This document shows, piece by piece, positions 44,630 to 53,898 of a stretch of 64,000 bases of DNA; position 1 is the stretch's first letter, and each line of letters begins with the position of its first letter. A program made the translations under genes and the position numbers. The stretch is from the NCBI GenBank assembly GCA_020637435.1, contig JACJVW010000002.1, positions 75,715 through 139,714 of the forward strand, given 5' to 3'. A model generated the notes under the pieces. That model saw only the letters and a program-made list of their open reading frames with translations, was not told the origin of the DNA and did no database searches. The stretch is from Candidatus Woesearchaeota archaeon (GTDB taxonomy: Archaea > Nanobdellota > Nanobdellia > Woesearchaeales > JACJVW01).

Positions 44630-45967
44630 GTGAAAACTTGCTCATATTTAAAAGCCTTTTTATATTCAATAGGAATACCGCTTTCGATGAGAGCAGATTT
44701 GCCAGTAAGAGGACCTATACTTACCATATTGCTTGTTTTTACTATCATTAGCCTCCTCTTTTTTCACATCTCTATGCGAACGGAAAATGAGAACTTTGCA
44801 ACAGACGATGAGCTGATATTACGATATGGCGCCAATGAAAATGACAACTGGCACGGTTTCACCTACGATACCCTGCCTTCAATCTATCATCAAGATGCTG
44901 GAAGCAAATATATACGCGTCTGGATAAGTAGCCCCTCGTGGAGACCAAGTACCATACCAATAGATGAGAAAGGATACAACTTCAGATCATTGGACGACTA
45001 CATCGCAAAAGTGATCGACACTGGAGCCACCCCCTTCATCGTATTCGCGCATCAGCCAGGCATCATAGGCAATGCGCATGGGGAACTCCCTCCAAAGGAT
45101 CAATCATCGTTCATAGCTTACATAGATGCGGTAGCTGCACATTATGAAGAATGGTGTGTCCTTAAGGGTTGCGATCCGAACACCTGGTATTTTGAGATAT
45201 GGAACGAGCCGTTCACCGATAATTGGTGGGAGACGCAACCTTCTGCATACAGTCTTCTCTTCAATGCAGCTTCGCAAGCGTTGCACCAAAGGTTTCCAGA
45301 CGCTAAAGTTGGCGGTTACACTCTTGATTTCTGCGCTTCCTGCGATGATACGCCTTTATTGGCCTTCCTTGAACACAGCCAGCCTGACTTTATCTCTATT
45401 CATCAGTACGGCAACACAGCAGGCGCTGACAGTGAGCGGCAGAAGATGAGCGATACAAAGGACCTCTACTACACGCAACCACAGCGTTTACGAAGCATCA
45501 TGGACAGCTTTGACTCAAGCATGGAACTAATCATCTCCGAACTGAATTCAGATTTCCGAGCTGAGTACATGCCAACACTTGATGAGCAATTCACAGCTGC
45601 ATGGTACGCTTCGTCACTCATCTGGATGGTCAAAAGTCAGGCAGTCGACATTGAACTTTTCTACAGTGGAACATCGCTTCAGGATGATGGAGGATTCGGT
45701 ATGTGGTCAAACACCTACCAGACCTATCCCATATTTGACAGCAAGAAAGATTTTGTAGCCGCACACCAGCCGGGTCAGAGCATCATGAGCATGACGCACG
45801 ACAGCAGCATAGATGTCCTTGTCACAACCGAAGGTAGCACAGCGTTCATCACGGTCGTCAATAAGAAAAACACGCCAGTCGAAGCGACGCTCATCTTACA
45901 GGATCGTTCATCAACGATTGTTCTATCTGCTTATGAAGTACGTACTTGGTCAGAGACAATAGACTGA
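44630..45967 (+). CDS. Membrane-anchored clan GH-A (TIM-barrel) glycoside hydrolase-like protein
   Basis: N-terminal TM anchor. YFEIWNEPF is a candidate acid/base NEP motif and LIISELNSD a candidate nucleophile strand. The track start is a GTG at 44630; an alternative ATG lies at 44687. Confidence 0.5.
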   Translation: MKTCSYLKAFLYSIGIPLSMRADLPVRGPILTILLVFTIISLLFFHISMRTENENFATDDELILRYGANENDNWHGFTYDTLPSIYHQDAGSKYIRVWISSPSWRPSTIPIDEKGYNFRSLDDYIAKVIDTGATPFIVFAHQPGIIGNAHGELPPKDQSSFIAYIDAVAAHYEEWCVLKGCDPNTWYFEIWNEPFTDNWWETQPSAYSLLFNAASQALHQRFPDAKVGGYTLDFCASCDDTPLLAFLEHSQPDFISIHQYGNTAGADSERQKMSDTKDLYYTQPQRLRSIMDSFDSSMELIISELNSDFRAEYMPTLDEQFTAAWYASSLIWMVKSQAVDIELFYSGTSLQDDGGFGMWSNTYQTYPIFDSKKDFVAAHQPGQSIMSMTHDSSIDVLVTTEGSTAFITVVNKKNTPVEATLILQDRSSTIVLSAYEVRTWSETID

Positions 45968-46064
45968 CTTGCACAAAAGTAATATGTAAGAGACAAAGCT
46001 CTTCAGAGATAAACCTTTATAAATCTCGGTTTGTTCTCACTAAGTAGTTACAGGAGGCATCACT

Positions 46065-46709
46065 ATGAATAGACTCGAAAAAATCGCAATTATAGGAAGC
46101 GTCGCGGCTCTAGCCGCATGCAGTTCCACTCCCCAAAGAGATACAACCAACGCTGTTTCTGGTCCAATGCCAAAAGTGTTCGACCTACAGCTGGAAACCG
46201 GCAAAGGTGCTGTCTACAACGGCGTAAAAGTCGGTGCGCAAGACGCAGGCAATGTACTCGTTCTTGATCTGGGAGTCCACTATAATGAACCTAAAGAAGA
46301 AGACCCAGAATACGGAAGAATTGACAAAGTCACTATCAAAGGCCCTGACGGCTATATAACAGACACATCCAGACTTGGAGCTCTTAACAGCACAGTTGGA
46401 AAACAGGTAACACCCCTAAGTAGCCTGCAGGAAGCTATGGCCTTCAAACCAGGTACAACCTCGGTCTATACGCTTGCACTAGGCGAAAACGGACCAGGAT
46501 TCAAAGGATACGGCTGCGACTCATTTAGAGTTGAGTGGGCACCTTCAACCGGTCTTGCTGGCAAAGCTACCATTTTTGGTGAAGATGAAACCATCACACA
46601 GACCTACGGAGCAGACGGAAACCTTCTTGACAGCAAAGTTTCTGGCGCTGTTGAAGACAGGCCTATCTGTGAAAAAGCATATAAGCAGCAGCTAGGTATC
46701 AGGTGGTAG
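46065..46709 (+). CDS. Putative lipoprotein, founding member of a local paralog pair
   Basis: Signal plus lipobox (AALAACSS). TTTATAAA lies at 46016-46023 and AGGAGG at 46052-46057. The C-terminal ~130 aa are homologous to the C-terminus of 46712-47770. Confidence 0.5.
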   Translation: MNRLEKIAIIGSVAALAACSSTPQRDTTNAVSGPMPKVFDLQLETGKGAVYNGVKVGAQDAGNVLVLDLGVHYNEPKEEDPEYGRIDKVTIKGPDGYITDTSRLGALNSTVGKQVTPLSSLQEAMAFKPGTTSVYTLALGENGPGFKGYGCDSFRVEWAPSTGLAGKATIFGEDETITQTYGADGNLLDSKVSGAVEDRPICEKAYKQQLGIRW

Positions 46710-46711
46710 AC

Positions 46712-47770
46712 ATGGAACGACTAGAACAGATAGCTCTTGCAGCCTCTATTGCTCTTGCATCCGCAACAGCAATGGCTGGTGCGCCAAACAATTGTGATGA
46801 CCCTTTTTATCAGAATAGAATCAAACAGAATTCAACCTGGGTTACGCCAAATGGAAATCCTACCGGTATCAGGAAAGGTCCCGTTGCTGACGAAACCAAA
46901 TACTTTCTTGAGGATGTTGCAACCTGTGAATTGGATGCAAAAGACCCTGTAGCACTCATCGCTAGAATGATGTCAGGAAACGCCAACGGCACTGCAAAAC
47001 TTGCAGACGGTAAATTCACAACCGACCTTGGCTACGACCTTGATGCATCAAGTTTCGGTATGAGCTCAGGCAAGGGTACAAGCACAACCTACGCAGTCTC
47101 CACAAAAAGACCAGCAGGTGCACAAGGTGAATTTACTGCAGACATCTTCGTTTTCCAAAAGAATGATGGTTCAGATGGCTATGCGGCACTATGGGAAATC
47201 TGTGGAAACATGGGAGCAGTAACTCCTCTAAAGAAAGAGACTGGGGACTTTGACTTTGTAACAGAACCAGGTTACCGTTCAAGCAGAGTGCAGTTCTCCG
47301 AACACATGGGTTGCAAAGGCGCAGGACCAACTGTAGCCGTAATTCCTGTTGCAGCAAAATACAATACCAGACTTGGTGAAGGACCGCAATACGCAACCAT
47401 CGACAATGTTGGCGTACTCACTCCCGAAGGAAAAATTACTGATGAAGGCGCCTTGTCAGCTCTTGAAACTATTCAGGGCAGCAAAGTCGAACCGTTCATG
47501 AGCCTGCCTCGAACCATGGCATTCCAGCCAGGCTACACAGAAGTGCACACCAGCGTTACAGGCAAAAATGGTCAGGGAGACGAACTGGAAAAATGCGATG
47601 CGTTCTCAGTGAACTTCACTCCTGGCAAATACCGAAGCGGGGAAGTAGTCATCAAGACAAGAGATGCTACCACCACGCAGAAATTCAGTGAACTCGGTGT
47701 CCTGCAGAGCGCTACAACCACCGGTCCCAGCGCAGACGCACCAGACTGCAATAAGTTCTATAATTTTTAG
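46712..47770 (+). CDS. Secreted protein, paralog of 46065-46709
   Basis: The ATG at 46712 lies 2 nt after the upstream stop and 5 nt after AGGTGG. Signal peptide LAASIALASATAMAGA. The C-terminal domain aligns with its neighbour (MAFQPGYTEVHT / MAFKPGTTSVYT). Confidence 0.5.
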   Translation: MERLEQIALAASIALASATAMAGAPNNCDDPFYQNRIKQNSTWVTPNGNPTGIRKGPVADETKYFLEDVATCELDAKDPVALIARMMSGNANGTAKLADGKFTTDLGYDLDASSFGMSSGKGTSTTYAVSTKRPAGAQGEFTADIFVFQKNDGSDGYAALWEICGNMGAVTPLKKETGDFDFVTEPGYRSSRVQFSEHMGCKGAGPTVAVIPVAAKYNTRLGEGPQYATIDNVGVLTPEGKITDEGALSALETIQGSKVEPFMSLPRTMAFQPGYTEVHTSVTGKNGQGDELEKCDAFSVNFTPGKYRSGEVVIKTRDATTTQKFSELGVLQSATTTGPSADAPDCNKFYNF

Positions 47771-47835
47771 ATTTCGTTCATTATTTTTTCTTCGATACAG
47801 AATCAAAAAGTACACTGTCAGGCAAAATTGATACC

Positions 47836-48579
47836 TTATACAGACTCGTGCAGATGTAATTCATGAGTCCTTGATACTTTGTGCGGTACCCAGAACAAGT
47901 ACCTAGCCCAGGCACGTAAGATGCGCAGACCATCTTTCAACGGATGCAGACTAGAGTGTCCTTCACGCGGATGGTAAGAGATGGGCACAGAATAGCATGA
48001 GAATCCGATGCGAGCCATCTTGGCGATCATCTCCATCTCCAGGGTAAATCCTTTTGATTCGATGTAATCTGCAATCGTATGCACCACTTCTGCTTTCCAC
48101 GCAAAATAGCCGCTGCAGACATCCGTCACATTCGTTTGGTAACCAACACGAGTGATAAAAGTAAAAAGCCAGTTTCCCACTCTGTTAAGCGCCGGCAACG
48201 CGTTCTCATTTATTCTACCCTGAAGACGGGTACCGACGATGACATCAGCAAAATCACTGTCGAGCGGCTCAAGCATTCTTGGAAGTTCAGTGATATCGTA
48301 TGAACCATCACCATCGAGCATCACTACGTAATCAGTACTCTTTGAAACACTGCGAAAACCGCTCACCATGGCAAATCCCTTGCCTTGACGACGTTCATCA
48401 ATAACTTTGACACCTTTTTCCCTTGCTATGGCACGGGTGGCATCTGTAGAATTGTTATCAATCACTGTAATCGTCACATAATACATACCTTTGGCAGCGA
48501 ATTCTCTGATATGATCGATAAGCTGGCCTATACTATCTGCTTCATTGAAGCAGGGTAGCAGGATATGTACCTTCTTCAT
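47836..48579 (-). CDS. Glycosyltransferase family 2 (dolichyl/polyprenyl-phosphate sugar synthase-like)
   Basis: ILLPCFNEADSI, VIDNNSTDAT and VMLDGDGSYD (DxD). A TTTTAATA box starts 30 nt upstream of the ATG. Confidence 0.8.
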   Translation of the reverse strand: MKKVHILLPCFNEADSIGQLIDHIREFAAKGMYYVTITVIDNNSTDATRAIAREKGVKVIDERRQGKGFAMVSGFRSVSKSTDYVVMLDGDGSYDITELPRMLEPLDSDFADVIVGTRLQGRINENALPALNRVGNWLFTFITRVGYQTNVTDVCSGYFAWKAEVVHTIADYIESKGFTLEMEMIAKMARIGFSCYSVPISYHPREGHSSLHPLKDGLRILRAWARYLFWVPHKVSRTHELHLHESV

Positions 48580-48664
48580 AAGAGTGCGTGAAACTGGAGG
48601 GTATTAAAAGGATTATTATACTGCAGGCAATAGTTACTATTACAAAGAGACAACAAAAGAAACC

Positions 48665-48672
48665 TTTATAAA
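48665..48672 (+). promoter_or_regulatory. TATA box, leaderless promoter of 48695-49024
   Basis: The first T of TTTATAAA is exactly 30 nt upstream of the ATG at 48695. Confidence 0.5.
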
Positions 48673-48694
48673 GCAAGTCCTAACCACCAAACAT

Positions 48695-49024
48695 ATGTTC
48701 CGTGCAATAATGATTGGGGTGGTCCTATTGGTCAACCTTATGTTATTGCCATACCTTTTCTCTGGCTCAGACAAAGAGATTATCGAACTAAGCTTTGAGC
48801 ATGTACCAAATGTTTCAGGAGCCAATGCAGAATTCACATTCACCGTAGATGCAAGGCATCCGCAGGATTATGTCGTCGAACTTGACGGGGTTCCCATCGC
48901 TATAGGTACAACTGCAACCGATGTGCTGGTTGGTACGGAGATACAAAGCCCTGGGACGCACCGGATAGACATCTATCTGCCTGATTCAGGCCATCACATA
49001 TATGCCGAGGTGATCGTCATATGA
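48695..49024 (+). CDS. Membrane-anchored small beta-rich protein (hypothetical)
   Basis: 109 aa with an N-terminal TM helix. TTTATAAA (48665-48672) starts exactly 30 nt upstream of the ATG. Confidence 0.4.
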   Translation: MFRAIMIGVVLLVNLMLLPYLFSGSDKEIIELSFEHVPNVSGANAEFTFTVDARHPQDYVVELDGVPIAIGTTATDVLVGTEIQSPGTHRIDIYLPDSGHHIYAEVIVI

Positions 49025-49308
49025 TCCTCGGACTATTGCTGTTAATAGTGTTGTTTTCGATCATCTGTCTCCCCGGTTATTTAGTTATCCGTCTCATCAC
49101 CGATGTATTCTCAAAACTTGAGTTGGTCATCGCCGTATTTGTGATAGGCATCATAAACATGGTCATAGGTACATTCTTATTGACACTTCTCCACGAAATG
49201 ACCGGTGGCATCAATGCTCTCAACCTGTGGATATATGCAATTATTGTAGCAGTCATTATGGAATTGATTTATCTGAAAAATGAACACAAAGATACTCCAA
49301 ACGCTTAA
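49021..49308 (+). CDS. Small 3-TM membrane protein (hypothetical)
   Basis: 95 aa. Its start overlaps the upstream stop (ATGA). Confidence 0.4.
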   Translation: MILGLLLLIVLFSIICLPGYLVIRLITDVFSKLELVIAVFVIGIINMVIGTFLLTLLHEMTGGINALNLWIYAIIVAVIMELIYLKNEHKDTPNA

Positions 49309-50284
49309 AGAGATCAAGACCCTACAAGTGGAATGGGATAGACTTAAGCAGTTCTCATACTTTCAATCCTTCGAATTTAATTACACCCTCTTAAGCGCTA
49401 CTAAAAGGAACCCTTACGTAATTGCCGTCATAGAACATGAACACATAATCGCCATAGCGCCGTTCTTCAAAGATCGCAACAGACTTAGGTTTATAGGAGA
49501 ACCTTTCGCTGACAGCAATGATATACTGATGCTTAATGAGGATGCGCGGGTGCTTAAAGCCATTGCGCAAATATGCACACGGCATAATCTTAAGCTGGAA
49601 GAAGTTCCAAAAAACAGTTTCGCGTATGGTTTGCTGCAGCATCTTCCACAGTGGAAAAGCCACAAATATTTCTGCAATGAAGTAGTCTATGCTCCTCAGA
49701 AAGAAGTAGACACAGATAAGCGGGATATGGTAAGACGCATAAAAGCTATCGAGAAAGAAGGCAGACTTTTAACGGATCGTGTACAAAGCGGCAAGAAAAA
49801 AGCCATGAACCTGATCATAAAATGGCATCGCAAAAGATGGCACAAAGATTACATGCCAAGCATGTTTGACGATGATCGCATCGCTGAAACGTTTAGAAAA
49901 CTCTGTGAGGATGACCGCATGGGTCTCTGGCTAGTCTACCAGAACGAAAATCCGGTCGCAGGCATGTTCGGGTTCTACCACGGCAAGGCATTCTTTAATT
50001 TCTGTCACGCATATGATCTGAGCATCAATGGAATAGGAAATATTTCCCAGAAATTATTGCTTGATAATATAGGCGAAGTTGCATATGTTGACATGGGTCG
50101 CGGTGTAGAGGGTTATAAGTTACGCTTCATGCAAGGAATCAGGCACAATTACGGCATAGCGTACTACACTAATCCTATCAGCAACCTCTTGGGAAGTATA
50201 ATCCATAAGATCAAAGGAAGCATCATCAAAAACAGGAGACTGCATAAACAGATAACTGAGACGAAAAGGAGACTAAGATGGTGA
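49280..50284 (+). CDS. CelD/BcsL-like GNAT-fold acyltransferase (second copy)
   Basis: 334 aa. EWDRL.....FQSFEFNY...........PYVIAVIEHEHIIAIAPFF..RNRLRFIGEPFADSNDIL follows the same pattern as 38415-39530. Confidence 0.55.
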   Translation: MNTKILQTLKEIKTLQVEWDRLKQFSYFQSFEFNYTLLSATKRNPYVIAVIEHEHIIAIAPFFKDRNRLRFIGEPFADSNDILMLNEDARVLKAIAQICTRHNLKLEEVPKNSFAYGLLQHLPQWKSHKYFCNEVVYAPQKEVDTDKRDMVRRIKAIEKEGRLLTDRVQSGKKKAMNLIIKWHRKRWHKDYMPSMFDDDRIAETFRKLCEDDRMGLWLVYQNENPVAGMFGFYHGKAFFNFCHAYDLSINGIGNISQKLLLDNIGEVAYVDMGRGVEGYKLRFMQGIRHNYGIAYYTNPISNLLGSIIHKIKGSIIKNRRLHKQITETKRRLRW

Positions 50285-51963
50285 ACCTCTATCTGCTTAA
50301 GCCTATTGTGGTCTCTGGTCTTGGACTCATGTTGTGGGTATTGCTTCTCATAACCACACCGGTAGTTACGCTAGGCACACTTGTAGCCCTAATAGCAATG
50401 ATAGAACTGGTGACGCAGCTTTCCTTGATCTGCAAAGAGCAAAAATCCCAATACATTGCAGCTGCTCTTATGGGAACAGTTATCTATGTCTTCATCAATC
50501 CAGCTATGGTGATCCTGCAGCTCTTGCATCTCAACTTCAGAAGAGGCGATTCCGTTGAGCTTGCCAGCAAGAAAGAGCAGCAGTATTTCACAAAGAATAC
50601 ACTCAATGGCATCATAAGGATCCTGCTTGTATGCATCATCTTGATAAGCGGAGAAGCATCAGTCGCATCGCTGCTTATAGCGTATATTCTGCCCATGAGC
50701 ATACAGTTCGTCGCACACCCGATGAAGAGATCCAGTCTTGCCTTCGCCGGATTAGAACATGCAAAAGAACAATTGACGTACATCGCTCCTCATATATTCA
50801 CCCTCTCGGTCTATCTGTCTGCAGGACCTTCTCATGCTCTTAGCTGGTATCTCACCTGGCTAGCCATGACTCTTTTGTATTTCTATGTCGACAGCAATAT
50901 AGACACGAAGCACCCACTTACAAAAGGGTTCGAGCAGATACTGACTTCAGCGTTAGCGGTGGTCATAGCGATTCCTGCAGGCATCTCTATCCTCAACTTC
51001 ATTGGACTTGACACCTATTTTGTACTTCCGCTTTTACTCTCAGCAATACCCTATGCTTTGGTACGTCCATACATGGCATTGACAAAAACACCTTTGCCCA
51101 CTCATGCTCTCCTAATCACTATTACAGTGGCAAGCGCATCTCTGCTGCAGCCTTCCATCATCGGTTGGACATGGCTCTTACTAATGTGCATGGTGAGTGC
51201 CATATCCTTTGCGTTGCTGCGAAAGACTGAGCGGTTAAATACTGCATCATATGATGAAGAGGCTGAGGCCTGGAAAGAGGACCTCACCACTCCAGCCAAG
51301 AGATATTATTATCAGACCCTCTACGAAAATCTGCTCCCAAGTTCTCTGAAGGGAAAGAAAGCGGCAGATATCGGGTGTGGTGCAGGCGCATACACATTTG
51401 AACTTCACCGCAGGGGTGCGAAAGAAGTGCACGCGGTCGACATGTCGCAAGGCATGCTTAGTGTGCTAAGAAAAAGAGCACGTGCAAATGCTTTGAAAGT
51501 CTTGGAAAAACAGGCATCTATCGAGAAGCTTCCTTACAGGAAAGCCACATTCGATCACGTCATCAGTGTGGGAGTACTTGAATGTCTCCAGGATGACGCG
51601 AAAGCGCTTGCTGAACTTCACCGTGTCCTAAAGGAAAACGGAACTCTTGGTCTTCGCGTCATAAACAGGCGCGGAATATGGGGTGCACTTGAACAATGCA
51701 GAGAAACCCTGGGCATTCCCTCTGGAATTAAAGCCCCGACATACTACACATATGAAGAGATCCTGGAAAGATTGACCAGGGCGGGTTTCATCATTGAGGA
51801 AACGAAAGGAAGCATCATATTCCCCGCGTTCTTACTACCCTTCGCAAGATTGCTTGAAATGTTCTTCATTCCTATCGCGAAAAGAATTGAGAAAAAATAT
51901 CAGAATAACAGATGGTGCATTGACCATCTCTACTATGCGATATGCATCAAAGCGAAAAAATAA
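50278..51963 (+). CDS. Fusion of a polytopic membrane domain with a class I SAM-dependent methyltransferase
   Basis: The N-terminal ~320 aa have about 9-10 TM helices. The C-terminus carries motif I (AADIGCGAGAYTFEL) and motif II (DHVISVGVLECL). Confidence 0.65.
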   Translation: MVNLYLLKPIVVSGLGLMLWVLLLITTPVVTLGTLVALIAMIELVTQLSLICKEQKSQYIAAALMGTVIYVFINPAMVILQLLHLNFRRGDSVELASKKEQQYFTKNTLNGIIRILLVCIILISGEASVASLLIAYILPMSIQFVAHPMKRSSLAFAGLEHAKEQLTYIAPHIFTLSVYLSAGPSHALSWYLTWLAMTLLYFYVDSNIDTKHPLTKGFEQILTSALAVVIAIPAGISILNFIGLDTYFVLPLLLSAIPYALVRPYMALTKTPLPTHALLITITVASASLLQPSIIGWTWLLLMCMVSAISFALLRKTERLNTASYDEEAEAWKEDLTTPAKRYYYQTLYENLLPSSLKGKKAADIGCGAGAYTFELHRRGAKEVHAVDMSQGMLSVLRKRARANALKVLEKQASIEKLPYRKATFDHVISVGVLECLQDDAKALAELHRVLKENGTLGLRVINRRGIWGALEQCRETLGIPSGIKAPTYYTYEEILERLTRAGFIIEETKGSIIFPAFLLPFARLLEMFFIPIAKRIEKKYQNNRWCIDHLYYAICIKAKK

Positions 51964-52740
51964 TTATCTGGTAAGATTTTTCCAGTAACCGATTCTGCCG
52001 GATACAAATTTGCCTTCAGGTCCGTCATTAAAAGAATGACGTTCACCTGCTTCAATCTCTCCAGTTAGACCTCCGCAGGAAGCTCGTACACCAAGCTTGG
52101 TATCAGCGTAGTTATTCCATGGCTGGTCTTTGGTGTCACCTTTGAGCTCAAGGGCAGCGTACGGACCAATCTCTAAGCAGCCGTTCTCATAAACTTTAAG
52201 CCATAGTTGACCAGCTACTCGTCCCTGAAGGTTTTCAGAAATGGTATTGTAGTCAAAATCACCATCAACAATAAACACTGGTTGAAGCGGGAAGTTCTGG
52301 TCATCGCCATATTGTTTGCCTGACCATGCTTTCCAGACATTACCATAGAGTTCTGCAAATTCTTCACTCTGGAGCCATTCCTTCTCGTCTGCATACTGAA
52401 TATACCCAACTTCTGCACCAACCCTGAATGGACCGTGCACATATGCGGTACCTACACCAATCTTGATGTAATTACCCCAGACATTGTCCTTCTCAAATTC
52501 ATGGGCAATCTTTCCCCTAACCACAGGGAGAAGCAGAGTACCATCCTTAGGATCCTTTCCAAGTGCGTTGTAACCAAGATAAGCTTCCGCGTAAGCAGGT
52601 TTCTCATCCTGCCAATCTGCGTCCTCTACCATGGCTTCCAGATATGCTGAACCGACAAGCTCAGGGGCTTTCTCAGCCTGAGCATTTGGAGCAAGAAGGG
52701 CTCCAGCAAGTAAACTTGATGCAAGTAGTTTCTTATTCAT
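51964..52740 (-). CDS. Secreted beta-strand-rich protein with outer-membrane beta-barrel-like periodicity
   Basis: Signal peptide MNKKLLASSLLAGALLAPNAQA|E. It has repeated amphipathic strands (YIKIGVGTAYV, FRVGAEVGYIQY, VAGQLWLKVY, LEIGPYAALELK, KLGVRASCG, KFVSGRIGYW). A GAGG Shine-Dalgarno precedes the ATG. Confidence 0.45.
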   Translation of the reverse strand: MNKKLLASSLLAGALLAPNAQAEKAPELVGSAYLEAMVEDADWQDEKPAYAEAYLGYNALGKDPKDGTLLLPVVRGKIAHEFEKDNVWGNYIKIGVGTAYVHGPFRVGAEVGYIQYADEKEWLQSEEFAELYGNVWKAWSGKQYGDDQNFPLQPVFIVDGDFDYNTISENLQGRVAGQLWLKVYENGCLEIGPYAALELKGDTKDQPWNNYADTKLGVRASCGGLTGEIEAGERHSFNDGPEGKFVSGRIGYWKNLTR

Positions 52741-52869
52741 AGGATTAACCTCACTGATAAGTAGTGAGAACCCCTCTGCATTTATAAAGCTTATGAGTAG
52801 TCCCTATACAATAGTAACTTATTTAAATACCTTCAAGTTCACAAGTTCAGAAGAAAGAGGGATAATAGT

Positions 52870-53898
52870 ATGAACAAAGCAGCCCGAACAGGTACCATCT
52901 TGCTTTCCTTGCTAGCGGCAGCTTGTGCTCCTACCAGATATGATATACGTCCAACGGAGCAAATAACTTCTATAGACCAGATAATCATGCCCTTTGTTAC
53001 AGAACAGAGTTATGACCACCTGCTAAAACCAACCAATAACAGGATTAACGAACGCACTATCAAGAAGCTTCAGGCCTTCTCAACCCTCTATCCTGCATCC
53101 CATATACCCGCCACTAGGGTGCAAGCTCAGGCTCTTGCCTCATCCTACGACCTGACAGGACCAACGACAATGCACAATCTTGATACCGCTATTGAACTCA
53201 ATGAACAACTCCTAACGCAATCCCTCGACGAAAAGTCCAGGAAAGCTCTTCAGCTGGACAACAAAGCTTATGCAGCAAGTTTAGACTACGTAACTCAAAG
53301 TCTTGCAGGCAAAGTTTCTCCTAACGTCGCAACCACATTTCAAACATCAATGAAAGATGAAAGAACGCGATGCACAGACGACAAAGGATATCACAATCAC
53401 TGCTTTGCTGACGAAATGCAGGCTATGGATGCTGAACTTAATGTCCTAAGAGCAAACCGATTGCTCGAGCTGGGCAATGACCCCATCCTCGCATACAGAA
53501 TGGCCACTTTTTCCATGGAACAGCATCCCCGTTCATACACGGTAGCAGATGCATTGCTCACTCGTGCTGAGGCAGCAGCAAAACTAATTGCACAAGTAGA
53601 ACTCGAACCTAGAATCATGGAACGAACCTACCGAGCCTCAACAGATCCAAGAACAGGCCAACCGACCTCATTTAAAGACGAACTCATCGCTCAGATGCAA
53701 GAGCTCACAAACCCGTACAATCAAGCAAGAGTCAAGCAGTATACAGCAATGCTGAGCTCAAAACAGATGGCTACCGCACACAAGGGTTTGGTTCAAGCAT
53801 TAACATTCATCAGAGGAAATGACTTAAGCACCATTACAGACTTCTACGGCTCTTCAGACGCAGCGAAACACGCACGAGCAGAATTGGGGCGATACTAA
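52870..53898 (+). CDS. Putative lipoprotein, mostly helical (hypothetical)
   Basis: Lipobox LLSLLAAACAP. A TATA-like TTATTTAAATA lies at 52819-52829 and a GAGGG Shine-Dalgarno at 52857-52861. Confidence 0.45.
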   Translation: MNKAARTGTILLSLLAAACAPTRYDIRPTEQITSIDQIIMPFVTEQSYDHLLKPTNNRINERTIKKLQAFSTLYPASHIPATRVQAQALASSYDLTGPTTMHNLDTAIELNEQLLTQSLDEKSRKALQLDNKAYAASLDYVTQSLAGKVSPNVATTFQTSMKDERTRCTDDKGYHNHCFADEMQAMDAELNVLRANRLLELGNDPILAYRMATFSMEQHPRSYTVADALLTRAEAAAKLIAQVELEPRIMERTYRASTDPRTGQPTSFKDELIAQMQELTNPYNQARVKQYTAMLSSKQMATAHKGLVQALTFIRGNDLSTITDFYGSSDAAKHARAELGRY

